39,513 bases of DNA from Chiloscyllium plagiosum (GCF_004010195.1 NC_057719.1:61147365-61186877); one strand, 5' to 3'. Positions 21,995 to 35,340 are shown, counted from the stretch's first letter. A program made the numbers and translations. The notes: generated by a model from the sequence alone, not told the origin.

Positions 21995-22958
21995 TGTTAT
22001 GGTCCAGACCAAAATCACTCAAAATATATTAAGAAGATAGTCTAGATTCCAACTGTTTCTTATTTTTAAAGACAAGTGAAAGGTGCTGTGTTCTGGATGC
22101 AATTCGATTGGTCAAACTACACACTTGAAGAAATACACACTTTAATCTTACACTATAGTTAAAAGACAGACAAAATAAGAAGAAAAAATGTCAGCTAACT
22201 ATAACTCTGTCAAAATACTTAACAAGGTAACATATATGTTAACTACCACTGATTTGCTGTTCTAAGATAGTACCATCCCATAAACACACCAAATTCAATA
22301 AAATAGATTGCCTTACATGCAATGTTTCTCCAATCTAGAAGGAAAGAACTTCAACAGAAAACTCAGACAAAGAAAACTCAAGCATTTTCCTCTAGCAGGG
22401 AAAAAGCAGCCTCCAAACCCCAACAGCTCCTGAAAGCTAAACTAAAATCTTGGTTCTTTTGTCGCTTGACTCCACCCCTTCATACTGCTTCTGTTAAATT
22501 AAATTAGAATCTCTACAGAATGGAAATAGCCCTTCGGCACAAGTCCATACTGACCCTCTGAAGGATAACCCACCAAGCCCTATTTCCCTTCCCTATATTT
22601 AACCTCTGATTAATTCTCCGAGCCTATACACCCTGAACACTATGCACAATTTAGCATAGCAGTTCACCTAACCTGCACATCTTTGGACTGTGGGAGGAAA
22701 CCCTCGCAGACACAGGGAGAATGTGCAAACTCCATACAGATGGTTGCCTGAGAGTGGAATTGAACCTCAGTTCCTGGTGCTACAAGGCAGCAGGGCTATC
22801 CACTGAGCCACCATGCATTGCTCCAACTAAAAAAAAACCCAAGGCCTCACAAGCTGTTTGCTTTATTGGCTTGAAACAGACCACACATCGCCTCTACCTT
22901 AACCTCTCTTCATCAAAAAAGGACAAAATACACCTCTTAAAGCCACAGTATTGTCACA
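21995..22958. mobile_element. Solo LTR (second LTR family) inserted in Tx1, containing a SINE
   Basis: TGT...ACA termini with an exact 4-bp TSD CAAG (21991-21994 / 22959-22962); similar to 27151-27773. Confidence 0.85.
22505..22816 (-). mobile_element. HE1/V-SINE-type SINE (older) inside the solo LTR
   Basis: Reverse complement begins gcatggtggctcagtgg...ggttcaattcc...tttcctcccacagtccaaagatgtgcaggttagg. Confidence 0.85.
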
Positions 22959-24939
22959 CAAGTTCCTTGAATCCTTTGAGGAGAATAAAGTACTAAGAAA
23001 TGACAGCTTATTGGCCAAGTTGTATTCAGCTCTGTCAGACTTGGTTGGCCATGATTTTCTGGAGATATATGACTGTATTATTCTGGCAGGTATCATGTAA
23101 GAATCCATGAGGAAAGGTATTATCACACTCATTACATGTGGAAGAAGAAGAGGAAGGAAATTAGAAAGTGATGATCAATTTCACTGTTGCATGTGATTAC
23201 AAAATCCTGTTTAAGGTCATTACCAGTCAGATCAGGTCTGCTCTGGGATTGATGCTTCACCCTGACCAAACCTGTGCTTCACTAGACAGGAAGATCTCAG
23301 AAAGCCTTGCACACTCTTCAGGGATATGATCGTCTATTTATAAGACAGGGATTGGGCAGCTGCCTCACTAACCTAGACCAGGAAATCTTTTGACAGACTA
23401 TCACATACATACATGAGGGACATGTGAGTTTTGAAGATGGAATCCACAAATGGATCCAACTACTCAACACCAATATCAGTAGTACAGTCTCAATCAATAG
23501 GTGAAAATCAAAGTTTCTCAATCAGGACTGCCCCCTTTCTCCAGTCTTATTTGTGTGTTATATAGAAAATAGTCTTTTTTCAAATCCATCAAAAAGGTTG
23601 CAAGCCTAAGAAGGGTGACTATTCCAGGCAGGGAGGCCTACAGGTCAAAGCCTCACTATACCTGGATGACATGGCAATTTTGTGCTGGGATCCACTGTCA
23701 CTGTGGAGATTCCTGAGCATCTACAACCAGTTCAAATTGGTAAGAGTGAGGCCATGTTATTTGGAAACTAGTCTGATCGATCTTTTAGCCTCTTCACCAT
23801 CAGGACATATTATCTAAAGGTGCTGGGACTATGGTTTGGAGACATATGCTAAAACTTGAGAGCATTTGCTAAGGTGAGGCAGAAATCTGGCCGAAGGGAG
23901 TAATGTGCGTGTACCCTTGGTACAAAACATTCACTGCATACTGAGATTTTATCTGCCCCTGATGCTTTGAAGAATGGACATGGCCGCACTTCCACGGAAC
24001 ACTCCAAGTAGTTGGACCATTTCACATCACCTGTCCCTCACAGAGAAATTTGCAAAAGAAAACATCTTGGACCACAACTCCATTAGGCAGTGATCAGCAC
24101 GTAATGTTCCTAAGACCCACATGATCTTGTCATGTGATTCCATGAACAAACTGTTAAAGTCATTTGGCAGAATACTTCATTGCCAGAACCTTCCAACAAG
24201 CACCAAGATGGAGCTTGGCTGATGCTGAGATGGGCAGTATCCGTCAGATCCTTCATGTATGTCTGGACGCTCAGTGCCATCTCTGGCTGCCCTCGAAGCA
24301 ACTGTGGATGGTGGTGATGTTGATGCTGGTGAGGGGGTGGGGGGAGGAGGGGTGCTGGCAGGGTACACAGACTATCACACACCTCCTTCTGGAATGTGCC
24401 TTTGCAAAGAGGGTCTGGACAGAAATGCAGGGAGATTTTGTCATGGTTTGTTCCAAGCAGCTCCATGATGCAGGACTCTGTGCTCCACAGGCTGTTTCAT
24501 GGGGAATACAGCAAGATAAACATTGACTGCACTTAGAAGGCCATCAACTTGGTGAAAAATGCTACTTAATCTGTCTGAAACTTGTTGATCTTTCCATATA
24601 AAGAGCTGTCCTTGATCAAGCACTGACTGGCACATCCACATTCCATTTGTGGGGCACTGGGGTAGAAGGGAGCTGTTCTGGTGGATGGGTTTCACTAGTG
24701 CCACGCTGAGTAACACACTAAAGCTTGGGACAGCTGCCACCAAAGTGCAGTAGTAAAGACCTCCATCAAAGATCTTTCTGCCAAAGTGTAACAGGAGTCT
24801 GTTCAGTTGTCAGACTCCCTCATTGCCTCCAAATGTAAATATTTTCTTCCTGAATGAGCTAAAAATGGCCTTATTATTTGCAGCTGCATAGTAGCTCTTG
24901 GGGTTGTAGATTCAGGAAATGCAGTTTGAATTGCAGAAG

Positions 24940-26950
24940 TTGTGCCATATCAGGGGAAAAAAACCTGGATACTTTGCTCCAGAGGGCAGTTCCACCCCTC
25001 AGACTCGGTAATTCAAAATTGGTTTGTGATCAAAGTCAGGGTTCTAATTAAGAGGATAGATACAATTCTCTGCAGCTATGAGCAGGAGTCCCGAAGGCTG
25101 TGTTGCCTGTCTGGTGCCAGGGTTAAAAATATTTCCTCTGTGCTGGAGATAAACTTGGGGAGAGATCCAGAAATCATCAACCCTATTTGTAGCAATGACA
25201 TTAGTAGGGCTATAAAAGAGGTTCTGCTGAAAGATTTTCAACAGTTGGTAGCTGAATTAAAAAGCATAAATTCCAAAGTAATGATCACTGGGCCACTGGC
25301 AAACTGGTCTCGGGTAAATAAACTCAAGGAGTTAAATGTGCTGCTCGAAGATTGGTATGGATGAAATGGGTTTCTGTTCATGAAGCAGTGCGAGAAAAGG
25401 GAGCTGTTGTGGTGAATGGCTTTCACTTGAGTCATGCTGAGACTACTGTCCTGGCAAATTGAATGCTTGAACGTAGATCATTAAAACTAATTGAAGAGAC
25501 AGGAGATGCAGGTGTACAAGGCAAGAGGATATGATAGCATTATAGAGCATCTTGGTACGTAATGATACTCAGACTAGGCAGGATGAAAGAGTAATCAAAC
25601 AGAAATCCAGCAGCAAATAGGGTAAAAGAGGAAAATAATCATAAAACGGTAAAATTAATGGCTCCACTTGAATGCTCATAGTGCTAGCAGCAAAATAAAT
25701 GAATTAATGGCACAAATATAGTTTAATAAGTTTAATCTTATTGCCATAATAGAGACATGCTTACAAAGAGATCGAAGCTGGGTATTGAACAGAGAGGAGC
25801 ATGTGACCTTTTGAAAAAGACAAGCAAGAAGGGAAGCAAGGTGGGGTATCTTTCTAAGCAAGTAGTGGAATAAGTACAAAAGCAAGCAATGATCCAAGTT
25901 CAGTTGATGCCGAATCCATATGGCTGGAGTTATGAAATTACAAGGGAAAGAAGATACTGATGAGAGTAGTTTGGAGACCGTTGGCGGCACGGTGGCACAG
26001 TGGTTAGCACTGCTGCCTCACAGCGCCAGAGACCAGGTTCAATTCCCGACTCAGGCGACTGACTGTGTGGAGTTTGCACGTTCTCCCCGTGTCTGCGTGG
26101 GTTTCCTCCGGGTGCTCCGGTTTCCTCCCACTGTCCAAAGATGTGCAGGTCAGGTGAATTGGCTATGCTACATTGCCCGTAGTGTTAGGTAAGAGGTAAA
26201 TGTAGGGGTATGGGTGGGTTGCGCTTCGGCGGGGCGGTGTGGACTTGTTGGGCCGAAGGGCCTGTTTCCACACTGTAAGAAATCTAATCTAATCTAATCT
26301 AAAAAATCTAATCTAATCTAATCTAATCTACTTGAATGGAGAAAAACAACAGAAAACTACAGAACACAGAGATTTGGGAGTTTTTGTGCATGAATTACAA
26401 ATAGCTAAAAATAAAATTCAGCAGATAATAAGGAAGGCATGTGGAATGTTGACCTTTGATATCAAAAAGAATGAAGTATAACTGTAATTTTTTTATTAAA
26501 ATTATACAAGGCACGATTCAGACGAGAGCTGGAATACAGAGAGGAGTTTGGGGTTAATTCCACAAGGAAAGATATAATGGCATGCAGGCAACCAGAGAAG
26601 GCTCATCCCAGTTGATCCCAGGTATGAATGGATTACCTTTGAAGAAACTATGATAAGATCGGGCATGTACTCATTTGAATTTAGGGAAACAAGAGGTGAC
26701 CTTGTTGAAAAATTATGATTAATTGAATGAATGATTGAAGTTTTATCAGACAGTGCTGTTGAGGTTGGGTCATTAAGTACATTCAAGGCTGAAAGAGACA
26801 GATTTTAAATCAGTAAAGGAATCAAGGGATATCAAGAAAAGGCTGAAAAGTGGAGTTGAGGATAATCAGATCAGCCATGATCTTGATGAATGGCTGAGCA
26901 CACTTGATTGCCTCAATGGCCGACTTCTGCTCCAACATTTTATGGTCTTA
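24940..26950 (+). mobile_element. Old, internally deleted CR1 LINE (ORF1 esterase, ORF2 start, 3' end)
   Basis: ORF 24942-25364 LIKRIDTILC...RRLCCLSGARVKNI parallels ORF1 at 15667; APE start ~25660; after the SINE the sequence resumes at LNGEK...RDLGVFVH and the CR1 3'UTR. Confidence 0.8.
25983..26330 (+). mobile_element. Young full-length HE1/V-SINE-type SINE with (AATCT)n tail
   Basis: ggcggcacggtggcacagtggttagc, B-box ggttcaattcc, intact core, many CpGs retained; (AATCT)n at 26281-26330. Confidence 0.95.
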
Positions 26951-27150
26951 ACCAGTGGATTAGGGAATCCCTTTAGTGGCCAATTACACACAACCTAAAA
27001 TCCACCTACCTGAAATGGTGGTTCTCCCAGTTTAATTGAGATTATATTTCGAGAAACTGTATCTTGAACCAGTCTTTGGCATATACATCCTTTGAGACAG
27101 ACTCCTGTCAACCTCATGCTTATCCTCATCATAACATTTTGCCTTACCTC

Positions 27151-27773
27151 TGTGACCTTTCTCCTCAAAACATATCAAGAAAGTAGTCCAGACCCTAACT
27201 TTGCTAGTTGTTTTAAGCAGGTTTTAACACAGACATTCCAGGAGAGGAGCAGTTGGTGAAACCCCTTAGTTTTAAACAGAACAGAATTTATTTACAAGAC
27301 TACCAAATGAAACACAAACCAAAGAGAATAACTTAACCTGTCTGAAAATCCAACAGATCATCCCAACTTAATGATGCTGTTCCAATTACTTGCGCAATCC
27401 CCATAAACCTCCTTTGGCAAAAAAGGTAAAATGAAACACAGGGTCTTACAAGAAAGAAGTGAGATAGAGAGAAGAGGATCAGTCTGGACCTGCTTCTCTT
27501 GGGTCCAGCAGCTTTTACACACCACTGTGCTAAAAACAAACCAAACCAGAGAAAAGCTAAGGTGGGAGCACTGGCCACTCCCCTTTCAGTATACAAGTGT
27601 TTTATTAAAAAGTCTTAAAAGCTTTTTCCTGAGGTAGTACCTCTTAGCTATAATCAAACTGGCCTTAACACCCATCCAAACCCAGACTTTTCATATTCTG
27701 TATCTTTTACGACCTCCCTAGATTAAAAAAAACAAGGATAACAAAACCTTGTTAAAGGAGCAGCATCGTCACA
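27151..27773. mobile_element. Solo LTR related to 21995-22958
   Basis: TGT...ACA termini, flanks cctc/cctt (3 of 4 match); similar ends (ctcaaaa.atat.aagaa...tagtc.aga; ttaaag...cag.at.gtcaca). Confidence 0.7.
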
Positions 27774-27846
27774 CCTTTGAGCATCCCCGCCATAACCCTG
27801 GACCTATCATCTTTTCTGCTGACATTATCTCTCCCTCTTGTGGGAG

Positions 27847-28200
27847 GGAGACATAGTGGCTCAATGGGTCGCACTGCTGCCTCACAGAACCAGGGATCTG
27901 GGTTCAATTTCACTCTCGGGCGATTGTATGGAGTTTGCACATTCTCCCAGTGTCTGTGTGGGCGTCCTCTCGGTTGCTGCAGTTTCCTCCCACAATCCAA
28001 AGATGTGCAGATTAGGTAGATTCGTCGAGCTAAGTTGCTCACCAGTGTTCAGAAATGTTCAGGCCAGGTGGGTTAGCCATTGAAACTGCAGCGTTACAGG
28101 ATAGGATGGGAGGGTGGGTCTGGTGGGATGCTGTTTGTAGAGTCGGTGTGAACTCAATGGGCTGAATGCCTGCCTCCACACTGTAGTGATTCTATAATTC
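27847..28200 (+). mobile_element. HE1/V-SINE-type SINE (older)
   Basis: gtggctcaatgg...cactgctgcctcacag...gggttcaattt...gtttcctcccacaatccaaagatgtgcag...cacactgtagtgattctat. Confidence 0.9.
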
Positions 28201-29412
28201 TGTACTTACACCCATGGCACCCTACTTTGACACTGATCCTCTTCTACTTACTTTTATTCCTTCCTATGACCCACCCCACAAGACCTTTGAATATATGACC
28301 CTGTCCGTCTGACCAAATCCAAGTCCCCCATTACTGTGACTGTTTTCTCTACCAACCTGTACCCTCCATTTAACCAATAAGACCTAACTTTGATTGCTGC
28401 TGTCCCACCATTTCAGCCCATTATCGCAATACCACATCAATCATTGCAAAATCAAAATTATGCATTTCACATTGGTTAAACACTATGGCTAAACAATGCC
28501 AATCACTACAATTCTTGCTCTTGTTTCAGAGCTCTTTCTATTAATCAAACAGGCTCTTTTTCAGCCACTTCTTTTTTATGAACTGTAGTTTATTTTCTTT
28601 CAGAATCAAAAGCACAGTATTGTACTCAAATTTCAAGCCAAGCCCTAAATACTATTTTAAATCAAATAACCTCAGGCCATAAAAAAATCATATTACAAAT
28701 TAAGACAGAAGCCCTTATAAACTATCGATTTGATTAAATTTCAAAACCTCTCTAAAATTGGCAAGCTGATGATCTGAAAACAGAAGTTAAGAGACACATA
28801 GCAACTTAAAGTCAATTCAAAGAAATTAACTTTTCCATGTATCGATATCCATGACCAAACTGAAATATTTTCTTCAGAAATGCACATTTGCTCCACCTAC
28901 AGAACATCAATTTATACTGATTTTTATCCAGCACATACAAGCCAAGAGTTAAAATAGTAACAAATATTAACAATTGTTACTACCCAAGAATCTTTTTGAA
29001 GTTATAGAATTAATATTTACGCTACAAATATGCTTCTGCAGAGGTTGTTTATCAAAAATGCTTTTTGATTATTTATTATCTGTTTTACTGATCTATATTC
29101 AAAATTCAAACTATTGATAAAGAGATAGTACTCCTTCCAATAAAAACACAACACAGCAGAAAAACAGCAGTTTCCCACTGAAAAAGATGTTGCTTAATGT
29201 TAAGCCTCTGTTAGTGAACGCACACCAGATAAATTTTATCTTTGCATGAACCTTTGCTCTGTATTTGCCATTCACCTGAATAATTAACAACTACATGGTG
29301 CCTGCCAGCAGTTCAGGGAATAAATTTTCCATAATGAATGGCGCTCATGTGCTTCATACAGAAACCAATATACCACTACAATGTAGTTTTAATACCTTTC
29401 ACATCGACTTAC

Positions 29413-29531
29413 AAATGTGAGAACTGGAAAATTATAACCTCATGATATTTACTCATCTGAACATTACTTATCGAGCAATGAATAGAATACGGTGTATAAC
29501 AAAGAATACATTCACTGTCCTCATGGACTGC
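29413..29531 (-). CDS. Host-gene exon, 119 nt, AVHEDSECILCYTPYSIHCSISNVQMSKYHEVIIFQFSH(F/L)
   Basis: Acceptor gttttacttcttag, donor TT|gtaagt; only frame 0 is open, matching the phase-0 end of exon 34556-34514. Confidence 0.7.
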
Positions 29532-30396
29532 CTAAGAAGTAAAACATATATTAAAATACAATATCAACAACAACTGGATTCACAACATCAATTGATATAT
29601 CCCAGAAATAATGGGGATTTTTCAGCTATATTAAACTGAATAGAAGTGCTAAGTAATCAGAAACTGGTGTATGCATTAGTGTTCAAGTTTCTGCTTTGTA
29701 TTCATGACAAACTTGTACATTGGGCCTTTATTCTGTGTTTACAATCTCATTTTGGAGCAAGATATCATTCTCCAAATTCAGGCTGCACTCAAGTTAGAAT
29801 TGCATTGCAGCGGAATTCATTATTTACTTTAAGAGATATATGGAATAACATCCATGAAACATCCACAAATAAAAGAACAACAACAAACTAAAATCCTCCA
29901 GCTGCATGAAAAATCTACCAAATTTATTTTTCTTCTTGGTGTCTATACACTGTATAAGAGATTCAAATCTCAATAGAATCTGCAAAGTTCACCAAATCAG
30001 CTTGGAGACCTGCTACATTAAAACTCCTTAACACTTTAACAGAACTTGTACAATAATTAAATAATGTTAGAGGATAAGTTGATTTTAAAATCAAAGACAC
30101 ATACTTAGGTTTTGTGCATTGTGGCTGCAAATCCAGCCAGAAATTCATGGGTTTGCAGGAATAGAATGCATGTTTCAAGCAGGGACCAAACCAAATTATT
30201 CAGAATTAGTTCACATACTTTTTTTTCTGAACACTGAATTAACCTGTCAACCAGCAGTCATGAGCTCACTGACATTAACCAAGCAGGTGACAATGAGGAA
30301 ATATCACAAATCAGATAGTTCAACCGGTCTCTGCTCAAAGCCCATCACACAAATTTCTGATCCAAATTTATACAGAGGTGAAGCACACTAATATAA

Positions 30397-33300
30397 TGCA
30401 GTGATTATAGTCAGGTCAGCCAGATAGACTTCATGGAATATGAGTTCCCTGATTAGACCAAGTTAACAGCCCCAATCAGGAAGCTCTGGCTTATAGATAT
30501 AAACAGAAATGTCAGACGAAGCCAGACCAGTGCTATGCACATGTAAATAAAGGGTGACTCCGTTACGGGATACCGGGCTCCGTGGAGTTATTTCAGTGGT
30601 GACGAGTGAAACAAATATAATACGAAAGAAATTTGTTTCTAACAGCCATCTTTGAATTGGGGTAAACAGTTTTAGAATCATGCCGAAAACTTGTAAGCTT
30701 GACTCATTTGATCCTGCCATTGAAGACTGGGCCCAGTATGTGGAAAGACTGCGTTACTCTTTCCAGGCAAATGATACTGGGAGCAGATGAAAAGCAGTGA
30801 GTAATTCTCCTAACAGCTTGTGCACCCACAGCTTTTTCATTTATTAGGAGTTTAACATTTCCTAAGGCACCAAATTCTAAAACCTTTCAAGAGTTGACAG
30901 ATTTGGTTCAGGAACATTATGACCCCAAGCCTCCTCTAATTCTGAAATGTTTCTGTTTTGCTAGCAATTCAAAAACTAGGGGAATCTGTAACCGGATTTT
31001 TGATTGGGTGAAGAAGACTGGCAGAGGCATGTGACTTTGGTTTAACCCTTAATGAGATGTTGAAAGACCATTTGGTAAGTGGGATTAATGATGTAACCAC
31101 AAAAAAGTGCCTAGTATCTGAACTCAATTGGACTGCAAACAAGCACAATAACTGGCTCTCATTAGAAAATGCGGCAAAGGGTATGCAGATGGAAGTGAAT
31201 AGTCTGGCTCAGCTGATTGAGCTTGAGGGATACCACGTGTGAAGGCAATTGCACAGCCTCACTCCTGAGTTGCGGGAATCTAGGTCAGCCCACAGCAAAA
31301 CCCCCAAAACATTGCCAAACCTCAGCCAAACGGTTAACATTTTCTTCAGGATCTGGGCCAGCAAGCCAATGTAATTGCTGCCAGCATGCGGACTCGAGAA
31401 ATACAAGAATCCCACTCGACCAAAATGGAGTAAGAGAACTTGTAAGTCGATATCCAGGATAGTGCACACCCTGGAAAGCACACATACATCTGGCTTGGAA
31501 CAGTTAAATTGCTTAATGACATCCAAATCAGAACCAATTGAAATAAACATTAGGTTAAATGGTCACATGGTTCTAATGGAAATTGATACCAGCACAGCTG
31601 TATCAGTGATTCAAGAACTAGTCTTCAATACAATTTTGTATAGACTCCAGCTCTTAAGTTTGTGTGAGGTCTTGGCTTGACTGAGAACCGACACTGGAGA
31701 ACCCCTCCAGATTAAGGGTATAACATCAGTTCCGGTCTCGTATGAGAAGCAACTGGTATGTTTACTACCAATTGTCATAAAAGGCTCAGCACTAAGCATG
31801 ATGGGGTGAAATTAGTTGAGCAAAATTCACCTTAATTGATTCAATATTTTTTGATTAGAAAATAGCTGCCTGAATGAAGTTCTAATTAAATACTTGGCGG
31901 TTTTTCAGGAAGTTCTAGGAGCCAAGGCCACCTGATGTTGACCAGGAAGCAATTCTATGATTCTGCAAGACCTGCTCGGTGCCATTTGTCTTATGTGCAA
32001 ACGTTTAGGCAGAATATAGGAGGCTGGAAAGTGAAGGGATAATCAAACCAATATAGTTTGTGGAATGGGCAGCACCCAAGTTACTGTTTGTGAGGCACAA
32101 CAGGTCAGTTCGCCTTTGTGGGGACTTTAAACAAAACGGGTAAACCACTTCTCACAGTTGGATAAATACCCAATCCCTCGCATGGAGGACTTCTACACAA
32201 AACTAGCATGGAGGGTGGGGGTGTCCTTCACAAAACTGGATGTGAGCCGCATGTTCGTGCAATTGTGTTGAGATGAGGATTCCCAGAAGTATGCCACAAT
32301 TAATAAACTTTAGGGTTTTTACCAATATACAAGTATGCCATCTGGGGTATCAGCATTCTATGCCTTTCTCCAGCTGATTACGGAGAACATTTTACCCCAA
32401 ATTGCCATTTTACTGGATGACATGCTAATAACAGGGAAGACCAATAAACAGCACTTCAAGAACTTGCACATAGTCCTTAGTTGTTTCTCCAAGGCAGGTG
32501 TAATCCTTAGAAAGGAATAACCTATGATCCAGGCACCCTGAGTAACCTACTTGGGGTACAGTGTTGACAAGATTGGGTTATATCCATTGAAAGATAAAAT
32601 GAGGACAATCAAAGGTACACCAGTTCCCACAACGGTACCAGAGCTTAGATCTTTCATTGGATTTGTGAAATATTTTGGAAAGTACATGCATAACCTGACT
32701 CCATCCTGGCACCCTTACATCTGCTGTTGAAATTAGGTCAGCCTTGGAAAGGGTCACATAGCCATGACATGGCCTTTAGGGAAATGAAGGTGCAGTCATT
32801 GTTATCTAAGGTGTTGACACACTATGATCCTAAGAGAGACCTGTTGTTGGCATGCGATGCCTCCCCATCTGTACTGGGAACATGGTGGCACACAGATGAC
32901 CCAATGGAAAGCAGTGCTCAATAATGTATACATTGGCTGATGCCGAACAAAAATATGCGTAGATAGAGAAGGAAGGTTCGATGGTCATCTTTGGTATGAG
33001 AAAATTCCACCAATACCTCTTATGGATGTAAATTTCTAATAGTAACAGATTACAATCACCTGCAGGGGCTACTCAAAGAGGACAAGGCCAGTCCACTCAT
33101 AGCTTCAAGTCAAATTCAGCAGTGGGCTCTCATTCTGAGTGTGTACAATTACAAGTTGGAATACAGTCCTGTATGCCAAGTGGTAAATATGGATACCTTG
33201 AGCTGCCTTCCAATGGCAGATACACCACTGGTGGTACTGCTGGAAAAGTCTGTTCTGGTTTTAAACATTTTGGACACCCTTCTGGTCACCACTGACAATA

Positions 33301-33510
33301 TCAGACTGTGTAAAACAAAAAGATTCAGTTGTGGCAAAACTAAAACAGCTAGTGGTGATGGGGTAACGAAAGGACCATCGCAGTCATAAATGAAACCTTT
33401 CTGGACCTGGTGAGACCAGATCATAGTAGTGAACGGCATTTTATAATGGGGAGCAAGAGTGACTGTCCCAAGCAATGGTCGCCACCAGATACTGTTTGAA
33501 ATGCCATCAG
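30397..33510 (+). mobile_element. Gypsy LTR retrotransposon: 5' LTR (30397-30595), PBS, decayed gag-PR-RT-RH; integrase core and 3' LTR missing
   Basis: LTR TGCAGTGATT...TTATTTCA; PBS TGGTGACGAG at 30597; gag ATG ~30680; protease MEIDTSTAVSVI; RT LLDDMLITG; RNase H LACDASP; many stops. Confidence 0.92.
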
Positions 33511-34513
33511 GAACACTAATGCCAGGCACAAGACTCCTCTAATAGAGAGAGACAGTTTACTTCAGGTAGCAGCACACCACATAACTCATCTCCCCAATAC
33601 TTCAAGCACAGTGCATTGCACTAATTTGCTTTCTCGGAACCCATTAAACCAAAAAGAAAGCCAAGTCTTCTACAATGGGACTACGCAAGAGAGAAGATAA
33701 TGCAATTCATCGGGCAGAAACCAGGCCCAGCATTAATTCTATATATCCACAATGGTCATTAAAGACAAAATAATGTGCAAGTACAGAACTTGAAAATGTA
33801 CTGAGGCATATTTCACAAGTCAAGACAAATCACAGTACACAATGACAGAAACAGCACAAACATAAAGAAGGCATATTTAGTGAGATCCATTGGCACAAGA
33901 ATTTGATTGTCATAGCACATTTCTTTGATCAACTTTCACGATTTTCCATTTGTAAAGGGGTTGAATTAGTTTCAGTTCATTAAGAATCAAGTTTTTAGTC
34001 AGAAATGAGGATCTTCAGTTACAGCAGTTTGAGGAACCTTAAATATACAAAGATGAGGAACTGTAAATGTGCAGAGTCCCAGAGAATGGAATGGCCAAGA
34101 ATGTAGGGGGTGATACAATCAGCAAAGATAAAATACAAATAATGAGTAAAGAGAATAAACTAACACTGGAATATCTAATCAACCTAGGATGTGAATTGAA
34201 CAAATAGGAATTTACTATATATAAAATTTCGCATAAAATCTCTGAAACTCTGCAAAGCAAGTCTGATGCTGATAAGAGTGACTCTCCTTGCTCGTACTCT
34301 TTATCCTAAGTCGAAGTCTCCTGGCAGTTTGTCAAGTTGAATGACAACAGCATGTCTTTGTGACAGTTCTCAAATATAACTGCCTCTGCTTGTTCCGGTC
34401 AGCACAAAAACAGTTGCAGAATATCTGGTATAGAAAATCTACCAACCTCATGACTGACTTTGTTAGCATGTTGACCATAAGTCACTACTTCTATCAATTA
34501 CTATATGTCTTAC

Positions 34514-34556
34514 TTCGAGATTAATGAAGGATTCATCCACAATTTCAACCAGCATG
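34514..34556 (-). CDS. Host-gene exon, 43 nt, (V)MLVEIVDESFINLE
   Basis: Acceptor tttatttgtctctttgcag, donor GAA|gtaaga; phase 2 to 0, matching both neighbours. Confidence 0.75.
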
Positions 34557-34814
34557 CTGCAAAGAGACAAATAAAGCAAGTTGAAAATAATATTAGTTAG
34601 GAACTAGACTAACATTCCTCTCCCACTTAACAAGATTATCTGTTGTTGAATTCATTATTCTGTTGCTTCCCTATATTGAAAGTACTTAATACGTTCTTAT
34701 GAACAAATGGACATAATGGCATACCCTATATGGACCCCAAGGAACTCCAAATCGATTTTCAGGTGGTCAGGTATTAGAAATATTCCATTCAAAATAATCA
34801 ATCACATTCTTCCA

Positions 34815-35340
34815 TAATAAAAACAGAAACTGCTCAAGAATGTTCAGTTAGCTTGGCCTTGTCTTGTCTGTGCAGAGAGAAATAAGAAATTAACAATCCA
34901 AGTCTGTTACTTTCCATCACCGGAAACGTTTGAGCAAAAGGTAGGTAGGACAAGGACAAAAGAAAGATCTGTGATAGGTCGGAATACGGAAGAGGCTGAA
35001 TGACAGAAAGGTTAGTCCTTCAGGGTCAAAGGGAATAGCGAAAGGATAAGAAAAGAGATATAAATCTGCCTCAAAAAAGCTGAAAGAAAAAGGAAATTAA
35101 ACAAGGAAGGAAAAGGAAACAAAACGTAGGTAGAGTATACAGATCAGAAACTGTTGAATTGAATATTGAGTCCCAATGGTTATAAAGTGGTTCAATGAAA
35201 GATGACAATTTGTTGCTCAAGATTATATTGAGCCTCACTGGTAAAGTGCAATAGGTTAAGGACAGCAATTTTTGCATAAAATTAAGGTAGAGAATTAAAA
35301 TGAAAGGTTGCTGGAAGCTAGGGTGCATGCCTGTGAACAT
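34815..35340. repeat. Highly decayed Penelope-like fragment (tentative)
   Basis: aaaacagaaactgctcaagaatgttcag...tctgtgcagagaga...aattaac followed by purine-rich sequence resembles shark Penelope-type repeats (from memory only). Confidence 0.35.

Larger units (their letters stand above)
20628..24745 (+). mobile_element. Tx1-clade LINE ORF2 relic (APE, RT, CCHC), interrupted
   Basis: LTYLAKVKVDLQFLQECGI (~20668), FSDH (~21359), *KLN (~21429), QDCPLSP (~23523), LYLDD (~23657), C-terminal zinc-knuckle region QTITHLLLECAFAKRVW (~24368-24420). Confidence 0.85.

Noticed and set aside
22322..22507. ORF containing FCRLTPPL, recalling LMBRD2
   Set aside because: Short match inside a solo LTR with no splice context; coincidence.
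25983..26060. A/B-box sequence as a tRNA gene
   Set aside because: It continues into the SINE core and LINE-type tail; this is a SINE head.
26281..26330. Short repeat array as CRISPR-like or telomeric
   Set aside because: Simple (AATCT)n SINE tail with no spacers.
28812..28896. Alternative next exon after 29413 (LWSKCAFLKKIFQFGHGYRYMEKLISLN*)
   Set aside because: Phase-compatible acceptor but no convincing donor and no independent support; cannot be separated from chance.
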